Below are positions 8,846 to 18,100 of a DNA stretch of 40,615 nt, piece by piece (the stretch's first letter is position 1; the number at the start of each line of letters is the position of its first letter). The notes under the pieces were generated by a model. That model had not been told where the DNA came from. It was given only the letters and a program-made list of their open reading frames with translations, and made no database searches. The stretch lies in IMG/VR virus record IMGVR_UViG_3300014656_000051, positions 1 through 40,615 of that record; one strand, 5' to 3'. Origin of the DNA: a virus (taxonomy: Duplodnaviria; Caudoviricetes). The translations under genes were made by a program, and so were the position numbers.

Positions 8846-9013
8846 ATGTTGGAGTTGGTTTTGGTTTGGCAGATCTTCACGCTGTTGGTCGTTGTCAGGG
8901 CGGCTCACCTCGTCCTGCGAGAGCTTGCGGATATTCGTAGGGCTATTGAAACGCAACGCTGTGTGTGTCTAATCCACCGACATAACACCCACGGGGAGCC
9001 TGGAAGAAAGTGA
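8846..9013 (+). CDS. Small membrane protein (55 aa)
   Basis: Translated by hand: MLELVLVWQIFTLLVVVRAAHLVL... (hydrophobic N-terminus). Confidence 0.5.
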   Translation: MLELVLVWQIFTLLVVVRAAHLVLRELADIRRAIETQRCVCLIHRHNTHGEPGRK

Positions 9014-9014
9014 C

Positions 9015-9488
9015 ATGGTGATCAGGCTGGACATTGACCCGTCTCATGCCATATGCGACCGGCATAAAGAGCTCTTCCAGCAGCATTGGCCTGTTGGATA
9101 CCTTGAGTTTGTTAGTCTGGCCGTGCAGCATTTCTTGAAGAAGCCGGAGGTGGCTGAGCGTGTGCAGCGCTTGCGTGATGAAACACCAGCTCTAAGACAG
9201 AGGGGAGGCCCTGTCGACGAGGCTAGTATAATCACATACCTGCTCACGCAGAAGTTGGCACACGAGCCGTTGTGTTGTCAACTTCTACCCGAGACGTTGT
9301 ATGACATCCTCATAGAGGTGGATAAACATAAGGCAGTGTGGGCGAGCCATTGTTGTGTCCTGTGTGGTCTGATGGCTCCTTGTATTGGTCGCCCTAAGAT
9401 CCCTCTAAACGGTGACATATCACCACTGTCTGGTCACTATGAACACGTCTGCCTGGCCTGTGTGTGCGGGGTGTTTCCTAATCGATAG
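9015..9488 (+). CDS. Hypothetical protein with C-terminal Cys pairs
   Basis: CCVLC...HVCLAC; fills the gap before the portal. Confidence 0.55.
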   Translation: MVIRLDIDPSHAICDRHKELFQQHWPVGYLEFVSLAVQHFLKKPEVAERVQRLRDETPALRQRGGPVDEASIITYLLTQKLAHEPLCCQLLPETLYDILIEVDKHKAVWASHCCVLCGLMAPCIGRPKIPLNGDISPLSGHYEHVCLACVCGVFPNR

Positions 9489-9513
9489 AAGACTACTTTT
9501 CAGGAGAAAGCAC

Positions 9514-11049
9514 ATGGCACTAAAAGTCGATGCAACCAATGATGAGATGGTGCTAAACACCATCCTCCGTAGCCCCGAACTTGTATTCAATATGATGACC
9601 CAGCGCTCCGACCTGCTCCAAAAGCTTTTCGACCCTCGCAGGGACATCGACGACGAATGTGGCTACCCCAAGACCATCACGGAGGAACAATATCGGCGTA
9701 TGTACGACCGGGAACTGGGACGCCGGGTGGTTGACGTCTACCCGCAGGAGACATGGAAGAAGTTTCCCCGCATCTACGAGGACCCGGATGCAGAGCAAGA
9801 AACGGACTTCGAACGATCCCTAGACGCCATGGAAAGACGTCTCCACTTACTTCACTATATGCAGCGGGCGGACGAATTAAGTGGTGTGGGCCACTATGGC
9901 GTCGTTCTATGGGGCCTTGATGACGGGAAGAACCTCAGTGAGCCAGTCGATGGGTGGGAGAGCTGGGAGGAAACCACGGGTAAGCCATATGAGGGCAAGC
10001 CGCCCGAACGCCGGGTGATGTATATCCGAGTGCTGGACGAGTCGCTCGTGGCTATTGCATCCTACGAGACAGATCTCTCAAACCCGCGTTATGGCCTCCC
10101 CCAGACGTACAACGTTTCCCTGGCAGATCCTCGGCGCTTCGAGAGCGGCGCTGCGGTATCTCCACCGAACATATCGCAGGCCCGAGTACATTGGACGCGC
10201 ATTACTCACATCGCGGACAACCGGAAAACATCCGAGGTCCTTGGCACGCCCCGTATGGAACCGGTGTGGAACCGTCTCTATGACCTCCGGAAGGTGCTTG
10301 GCGGCAGCGGCGAGATGTATTGGCGCGGCGGCTTCCCCGGCGTATCCCTGGAGACGCAACCGGGCCTTGAGAACGCCGAGCTCGACGAGGACGCCACCCG
10401 TACAATGATGTTCAACTACATGAACGGGCTGCAACGCTATATCAGTCTCGTCGGGATGAGCGCGAAATCCCTGGCACCGCAGATTGCTGACCCCACGTCC
10501 TCGTTCGAGGTGCAGGTGAAGGCTATCTGCGTGGTGCTCGGCGTTCCGTTCCGAGTGTTCATGGGGATTGAGGAAGGTGTTGTGTCCGGTGACCAGGCCA
10601 CTAAAGCCTGGGAAGGCCGCCTCCAGAACCGGCAGAAACGATACGTGACACCGATGATTATCGACCCCATCCTGCAGCGCCTTGTTAACTATGGCACGCT
10701 GGCCCCCACCGCCGAGCCCCAGGGATGGACCGTCGACTGGCCGGACCTCACATCACCGAACGAGCAGGACAAAGCCGATGTGGCCGCCAAGAAGACGGAA
10801 GCCTTTGCGAAGTACGTGGCCGGTGGTGTGGATACCCTGATCCCGCCGATGGAGTTCCTGACGTTGATTTGTGGTCTGGACAAAGACACGGCAGAGACAA
10901 TCATTGAAGCCGCCATCGAGCATATCGAGGGGATCGAGCATGAAGGGGAGGTGGTACCAGCCCGGTTGCCGAGACCACCTGAACTGGCCGGGGGCGAGAT
11001 CCCAGAGGAAGAAAAGGCCCTCGCTAAGGAAGAAGGAGAAAAGGTATGA
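9514..11049 (+). CDS. Portal protein (DUF1073-like)
   Basis: Position after terL; RRVVDVYPQETW, YGLPQTY, RVHWTRI, GVPFRVFMG, VDWPDL; AGGAG RBS before the ATG at 9514. Confidence 0.85.
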   Translation: MALKVDATNDEMVLNTILRSPELVFNMMTQRSDLLQKLFDPRRDIDDECGYPKTITEEQYRRMYDRELGRRVVDVYPQETWKKFPRIYEDPDAEQETDFERSLDAMERRLHLLHYMQRADELSGVGHYGVVLWGLDDGKNLSEPVDGWESWEETTGKPYEGKPPERRVMYIRVLDESLVAIASYETDLSNPRYGLPQTYNVSLADPRRFESGAAVSPPNISQARVHWTRITHIADNRKTSEVLGTPRMEPVWNRLYDLRKVLGGSGEMYWRGGFPGVSLETQPGLENAELDEDATRTMMFNYMNGLQRYISLVGMSAKSLAPQIADPTSSFEVQVKAICVVLGVPFRVFMGIEEGVVSGDQATKAWEGRLQNRQKRYVTPMIIDPILQRLVNYGTLAPTAEPQGWTVDWPDLTSPNEQDKADVAAKKTEAFAKYVAGGVDTLIPPMEFLTLICGLDKDTAETIIEAAIEHIEGIEHEGEVVPARLPRPPELAGGEIPEEEKALAKEEGEKV

Positions 11050-11228
11050 GGTTGTTGGATAAGCTCGAAAACGTCTCCCAACACCAGAACACTCGATGGA
11101 GTGTTGCGGATTACGTTTTCGTGGGTGCTATGATAGCCCTGCTCCTGACCTGGTTGTGGTGCTATGTCACGTCAATAAATGTGTGTATGGATGTTCTGTA
11201 TCACATAGCGCCGGAGATAGTGAGGTGA
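11046..11228 (+). CDS. Small single-TM membrane protein (holin/antiholin candidate)
   Basis: Hydrophobic YVFVGAMIALLLTWLWCYV; lies just upstream of the endolysin. Confidence 0.5.
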   Translation: MRLLDKLENVSQHQNTRWSVADYVFVGAMIALLLTWLWCYVTSINVCMDVLYHIAPEIVR

Positions 11229-11253
11229 GCGTGATAACGGCTATACCGACCTC

Positions 11254-11319
11254 AACGGGTGTGGGCTAGGCTGACGGGCCGAATAGCGGGGTCTTCCCTG
11301 CCGCTTGCCCACACCCGTT
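11254..11319 (+). promoter_or_regulatory. Structured intergenic RNA element upstream of the endolysin
   Basis: 13-bp perfect stem AACGGGTGTGGGC/GCCCACACCCGTT enclosing two small hairpins, followed by TTGTT. Confidence 0.55.
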
Positions 11320-11341
11320 TTGTTGATGAGGGAGAGATGCT

Positions 11342-11866
11342 ATGAACGGCGAGAACTTCCGGAAAGCCTTAGAAAAACTCCTGACCATCGAAGGCGGTCC
11401 ATCGAACCATGCTTGGGACCCCGGTGGCGACACCGCGTTTGGGATCTCGAAGGTGCATTGGCCGCAGTATTGGGAGGACGGGCCGCCGACCCGCAGGACG
11501 GCCGAGCTGTTCTACATGGAGGAGTTCTGGAAACCGCTGTGCCTGAGCGAAATTGACTACCAGCCGCTCCGTGTGGAGATGCTAGAAGCGGCCGTCAACT
11601 GTGGCCTAGCAAATGGAGCTAAGTTTGCGCAGCGTGCATACAATCTCCTGAGGCCCCGTAGCTGGACAGAGCTGATTGTGGATGGGGTTGTTGGTCCACG
11701 AACGCGGGGCGCTCTGAACCGCCTGGTTGAGCACTATCCGGATGCCCTCATGGCCGGGTGCAACTACTTCCAGGCAGAGTACTATGTTGATACGCGGGAG
11801 GAACTTCGGAGTAATGCTATCCGGGGCTGGTTTACCAAGCGCCTCGTATGGACGGTACATCACTAG
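11342..11866 (+). CDS. Endolysin, glycoside hydrolase family 108 with PG-binding segment
   Basis: IEGG....DPGGDTAFGIS, AVNCG, DGVVGPRT, GWFTKR. Confidence 0.88.
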   Translation: MNGENFRKALEKLLTIEGGPSNHAWDPGGDTAFGISKVHWPQYWEDGPPTRRTAELFYMEEFWKPLCLSEIDYQPLRVEMLEAAVNCGLANGAKFAQRAYNLLRPRSWTELIVDGVVGPRTRGALNRLVEHYPDALMAGCNYFQAEYYVDTREELRSNAIRGWFTKRLVWTVHH

Positions 11867-11883
11867 ACTCTTGGAGGAACATC

Positions 11884-12144
11884 ATGGCTAGGAAGCTTCC
11901 GCGTGTAGGCCAACTTGTACGGGTCACCTGGGTCGATAGCAGAGGCTACGAGAACGGGTGGGTGCAGCGGGATGACATGGACGGTGACGTGATAGAGCTG
12001 ATGAGCGTGGGATGGGTCTGGCATGTTGCGAAGGATCGAATGACGCTGGCCCCACACATGGACGTTGAACAGACACAGGCTTGTGGCACGCTATCTATTC
12101 CATGGTGTGCCGTGCGGGAAGTGCTTGTGATGCGAATGGAATAA
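11884..12144 (+). CDS. Conserved-looking small phage protein
   Basis: LVRVTWVDS...GW...SVGWV...IPWCAV pattern; GGAGG RBS. Confidence 0.65.
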   Translation: MARKLPRVGQLVRVTWVDSRGYENGWVQRDDMDGDVIELMSVGWVWHVAKDRMTLAPHMDVEQTQACGTLSIPWCAVREVLVMRME

Positions 12145-12164
12145 TGAACTGAGAGGTTTGAATA

Positions 12165-15100
12165 ATGGCCGTTGTTTTCCAGGAACCCCTCGTTATCAAT
12201 GCTAAGAAGCGAACGAAGGTCCAGAACCCCATCAGGATGGACCCTACCAGAACGACGATGCTGCGACGACAGCTTACTGCTGAGATGGCCCGGCGCTTCT
12301 CGGCACTTCGCCGAGCAATCGTTCAGTTGGTGGATGTTGAGGACGCATTTGGTCTCAGGGCCGATGCTAAGGCTGCAAAAAAGCACGCAGGGGCGGTGCA
12401 GGTTGCCACGAGTCGCACGATCCCTCTAGAGGCTATACTTAACACCGCCCTCGTCACGAATACCCGCTGGCGTTTCGAGACTGACGACGTAAAGCTTGAT
12501 GCTTACCGAGGATGGCTGAAAGAACAAACGAAGGCGGGTATCCTCGAGGTGAGCGGACCGAACCAGAAGACCCCGTGGCTCGAACCCTACATCGGAAGCG
12601 CCTACAAGAAGGGGATGATGCGGGCTTACACCGACGCCCACGCGGCGGACATCGTTGCTGCCGGGAAAAGCTTCGAGTTCATCGAGGGTGGCAAGAAGGC
12701 CTTTCTGGACATGTCGTTCAACTCGCCCACCGCTCAGGGCAAGCTCCGGATGCTTAGCACCCGCGCCTATAGCCAGCTTGAAGGTGTTACCGCTGCGATG
12801 GACCAGGAAATGAGCCGTATCCTGGCCCAGGGGATTGCCCAAGGGAAGGGGGCGGAGGCTCTCGCCCGTGAGCTCAGTAATAGTGTGAGCGGGATCGAGA
12901 GGAAGCGTGCCCGTGTCATTGCCCGTACCGAGTTGGTTCATGCTCACGCCGAAGGCCAGCTCGATTCCTTCGAGGCCATGAACATTGACGAGGTCGGCGT
13001 CATGGCCGAATGGAGTACGGCCACCGATAGCGTCGTCTGCGAACTGTGTGCCCCGCTCGAGGGCGTCATCCTAACGGTGAAGGAAGCACGGGGGATGATT
13101 CCTCGGCACCCGAACTGTGTGGCAGGGGATATGCGGATATTAGCTCCCGGTGCGTTGGCAATGCTCAAAACACATTACACCGGTGAGATAATCAAGCTTG
13201 TCACAGTAGGGGGCCGTCATATCACCGTCACTCCGGCACACGTACTGCTCACGAAATATGGTTTCGCCCGCGCGGAAGCGGTCTACGACGGTCTTGATCT
13301 TGTGGTAGATACGGGGTTCCACGGAAGGGGTAAGGCACCAGATTATAAACACGACGTAGCCCGTGTTGCGGATGAATTCGTAGCGGCTACGAAAACGCTC
13401 GGCGTGCCAACCGTATGCGTGCCAACCGCCCCCGAATACCTCCACAATGAAGGGCGTTTCTGTGATGAGAAGATCGACATTGTATTTGCCGATGGCATAT
13501 TGGGGCGTAGTGGGAAGACCCACGGACGTGAGCCCGGCTTGTACAACACGCTCCCATTCTGTGAGGGAGGGTTTAGCCGCTTTGCCTTGAGCACGCTTGC
13601 ACAAATCTTCTTCAGTACGGCGCATACCTCGGACAGCAGCATGGGCCGCTGCCGTGATGCGTTGGCGTTCCTTCTTGGATGTGTTTTGAAAGCGAAGCAA
13701 GTTCGCCTCGGTGCCATTTCGAGTACGGAATCCAATGGTGCGCAGGCGGTTTTGAACAACGCTCCTGGTAATATTAAGCTCCTTTGCGATTGCCTTGACC
13801 GACACCCCGTTCTGAAAAAGCTTAACAATCTTGGTAACATCGACTTGGACGCGGTTTTGGCGGGTGGCGTTCCAGGGATCGAAACCCGCCTTGTCGAAGT
13901 GGGCCTTGATTGTATCCCACTTGACCCCATAGTGTTTGGCGATACGGTTCAAGGACCATCTTTGCCTCACGTGCAATTCGATAAGATCTCCTGTGTCAGG
14001 AAGTTTCATGTCTCCTCCTTTCCGGTGTATGATGTACAGACAATAAGCACAGTATATAGCATCGGCGGTATAATTGCAAGTAATTGCCGGTGTGCTTGGA
14101 TCCCGGCGAATGTGGGGGAACACATTGGGGGCACAACAAAGACCACCTGGGCCGGGCCGGAGCAGGGCCTCGCGCCGCCTGGTACAAAACCCACTGGCAA
14201 GACTACTGGACAGGTCTGGCATAAGGACGAAGCGGCTGCCCGGTTGCGCCAAAGCATCAAGGCAGAGCACCCGAAGCTGAGTGCTACTGCCGCTCGTAAG
14301 GCCAGCCGGTGGGCCGGGGCGGATATGACTACTGTGAGCGGGAAGCTGAAACCGGGTAGTAAGGCTTGGATCTCGGCGAAGGCCGCTGCCAAAGCAGAAA
14401 AGGCCAAGGCATCTATTGCAGCGGTTAAGGTAGCCAGGAAGAAGAAGGCCGTTGCGGCTACCGCCCATTCCCTCGCCGTGAAGATCGGGATGACAAAGAA
14501 GAAATATGGCATCACGGACGAGATGATTTTCTACCCTGGGGGTGGTAAGGAACCAGACTTCCTTATTGAAGGCGCGGAAGCGTGGGTAAAAGCGCAGGGG
14601 TTGAAAGTGTCGGATATAGAATGGTTGTCCTTTAGTAAAGCCGCGAAGGCTAGGAAGGTACTAGAGCCCACAAAACCCACTCTCCAGGCGCAGGCCGAAG
14701 TCCTAAGCGAAATGGTGGCTGCCAAGAAGGCGACGAAGGCTCTCACCGATGACGCGGCAAAGGCTGTGAAGGCCTGGTCCGGCACCGGCCCTGTGGCAGA
14801 GGTGCTAGACCATGCGGACTATAGGCTTGTGCCGGGCTGGGAGCAGCTACCGGCTGGGAGTGTCAAGCGCCAAAGCTACGGCGTCGTCCTCTTCGACGAT
14901 CAGGGCCGTGTGCTCCTGCGCGAGCCCACCGACCACTTCGGTGGAACGCACTGGACCTTTGCGAAGGGCGGTGGGTGGCCACCGGGCTCGACCGCCCTCA
15001 AGGAACTGGGCGAGGAGACCGGGTACATAGCCACCATCCACGACATCCTACCGGGCAAATTCAAGGGCACGCAGACACAGACCAACTACTTCCTAGGAAA

Positions 15101-18100
15101 GTCCTCTGGCTTCGACCCTGGCCTCATGGACCTGGAGACAGCCGGTACGAAATGGATGACCTATGACGAAGCCCTAGCCGCTATTGCGCAGAGCAAGAGC
15201 GCGACGGTGGTGGCACGGGATACGGCGGTGTTGCAGGCCGCCTACAAACATCTTTCGGGAGGTGATCCGAAGCTGTTCGCTGGTGTGGTAAGTAGCGGTA
15301 AGGACAGCCTAGATGCTGCGAAGGCGGTAGCGGCAAAGGCGGCCCATTCCCACAGAGTCAAGCTGGACATGGCCCAGAAACATTTCGCCAAACCGAAGTT
15401 CGGCGGCGGTGTGGTGGATGCGGACTGGGTCAACCCAGGGACCAAGCAAAAGCTCAACGTTGACGGGCTGAACAAGGTGTTGTCCGAGAAAGGGTGGCAC
15501 CTAACGACGCTCCCGAAGGACGTGTCCACAGACCTCCTCGGCGTCGCTGATGATGTGGTAACGCAGAAGGCCATCATAGACGGGTTGAAGAAGGCCCCGA
15601 AGACTGTGCCCAAACCACCCGCTGCCAAACCGACACCTAAACCACACCCGGCCTTGGTCTCGGCTGACGAGTTTACTGGAGACCTCCACGACGATGTCGC
15701 TGAAGCGTTATCTAAAGGCCATCTTCATCCAGACGATGTTGATTATTTGGACCTAAGTGACACGCTTATGGAGTGGGCCGAGGAAAAAAAGCTAGCCCCT
15801 GGCTGGCTAGACGACTTCGACCATGAAATGTTAGCCGAGCATTTCAATATGTTCAAGAAGGCTCATCCGAACCTGTATGGTAAAATCGATGACATACCCG
15901 CCCCGCGTTTCCCATCTGGTGAGGAAATAGAAGATATAATGGGGTGGACCAGGCCTCGAGCGGCTTTGCCAGCAACGGTATGGGACGAGAAGGACTTCTT
16001 CAAGAGCGGCAAACTGAAGAAGGGCGCTATCTATGACAAGCTGAAGGGGCACGGGCTCAGCGACACGCAGGCAGCCGATCTCACCGACAAGTTCATCGCC
16101 ACCTCCCCTAAGACATATGCGCTGCCCGGACAAGCGGCGGAAGCCTTTGACGAATTCCTCGAAGAGCCGCTTGTGCTTGCCAAGATGGGAAAACTACCGG
16201 GGGCACCGCCTACGGCTCCAATCCTTACCGAGACGATTGAGGTGCCCCTCGAGCGCGATTTGAAGAAGGTGGCAAACCTTCCCGGTTCCACTAAGCCCTG
16301 GAAGGCCAAGGACAAGGCGGGCAAACACTGGGTCGTGAAGGATGTGAGCGGGAGCAAAATAGATCCAGACCACCTCCGTAGCGAGGGCCTGGCAGATGAA
16401 CTGTACAGGCGGCTGGGGATTGCGGTGCCGAAGGGGAAAATTATCAATGCTCCTGGCGGCCCGATGAAAATCACCGAGTTCCTGGAGGGTGGCCAGACGC
16501 TTGCCGAATGGAAGGTGGGCAAGAGCGTTGTCAAGATCAAGGAGATGTATGCGCAAATCCGGAAGGGGGCTGTAGCAGATGCGTTGTTTGCCAACCACGA
16601 CGTCGGCGGGCTGAGCTTCGACAACATCATGGTCGTTGGGGGCAAGGCTTACCGCATTGACAACGGCGGCGCTTTGCTCTACCGGGCGCAGGGCGGGATG
16701 AAGAGAACGTGGAAGAATAAGGTGACAGATCTGGCTACTATGCGGGATCCCAAACACAACGAGGTCACCGCTGCCATCTTTGAGGACCTCACCGACGACG
16801 AGATCCATCAGCAGATCCGGTATATCGTGGCGCACAAACAGGATGTGCTCGCAGCTATTGTAGATGATGGCCTTCGCGGTACTATGGCGGCCCGTATTGA
16901 CGACCTGGCCTCCCGGCTGCCCTCTAGACCGGCCGTCAGGCGACCCAGGGCCGTGCCTGTGGGCAAACGCCGGGCCGAGTACGGTAACACCCCCGACGCT
17001 GCCCCACGGGCCAAGGCGGCCAAAAGCAACGGGGTCAACCTAGCGGGTGATAAGAACGACATCGAAGACGATAACATCCTTGTGTGGGAACAGCTCGGGC
17101 GTGACAATAAACCCCAAACTCGTGTACAGCTCAAGGTGACCCATGAGGGTAGCGAGAAGGTAAAAGCAACCTTGGGGGATGAGTTGGAACGGGCGCAACG
17201 GGCGGCGGCTCCTACGGTCACGAACCCGAATGTTCACCCCGATGACGCCTACTGGGATGTGGTGTTGGCTGGAGCGAAAACTGTTAGCATACACGCGGGT
17301 GATGGGAAGTTCAATACCACAATCTTGGACAAGTTTGCCAAGGCCAAGGAGCAGGTTGTCAAGAAGCTGAAGACGGCTACCGGCGACAAAAAGAAAATGC
17401 TCAAGCACTATGCGGTCGCTATTGACGAGATCGAGACGGCAAAGAGGACTGGAAAGACGCTGCCGAAAGGGTTGTTGTCTCAGTATGTTCACAAACCTAA
17501 GCCCAAGGCGGCCGTGCCCCAACCCAGGCGACGTGACATGCGGGTCCGTCGGGATAGCGGAATAGACTTCCCTACTGCTGACTTCAAGAACGGCACTGGC
17601 CGCGTGAATACTGGACACAATAATTTCAGCAGCGAGGCGTACATCATCGATATGGGCGATGCGGCTGAGGGGGTGGAGGTAAAGTTCCTCCCGAACGATG
17701 GTGGGTTTAATCAGGCGAAGGGCCGGGCGATGCATGGAACTATCAGCATTACTGTGGATGGTGAGGTAACCCAGGAACGCATCGACGATGCTCTGAGTAT
17801 CCTAAAGAATCTCGGGCTTGATATAGCACCACCCCCTCCGGCCTTCGAGGAGGCGCTCTACATTCACCGGGGCGTGTACCTGCGGGGCAAGCATACAAGT
17901 AGTGGTTATAAGACTATCTGGGAGAACAAGAGCATCACTGACGAGGAAAAAGTGACACAACTCAAGAAGTGGGTGAAGAAGAATATGCAGGTGGACCTTG
18001 ATAAGGTGGCACAATATGACCCAGCCGGTGTAGCTTCGAACGCGGACGGCAGTGGTTTCCGCCATTGGATGCGGTGGGACCTGAGCGAAGACGACGTCCG

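Larger units (their letters stand above)
13116..14084 (+). mobile_element. Intein (323 aa, residues 318-640) in the MuF HPN|CRC motif
   Basis: Block A C-VAGDMRI, block B ITVTPAH (TxxH), block F VYDVQT, block G IIASN followed by +1 Cys; removing it restores HPNCRC. Confidence 0.88.

Noticed and set aside
11267-11306. Hammerhead-ribozyme-like words (CTGACGG...GAAT) in the structured element
   Set aside because: The core deviates from CUGANGA/GAAA and there is no proper stem II, so it cannot be called a ribozyme.
14010-14468. N-terminal extension of the 442-aa minus-strand ORF in the track
   Set aside because: The extension looks like shadow sequence. The SD and promoter point to the ATG at 14009 as the real start.
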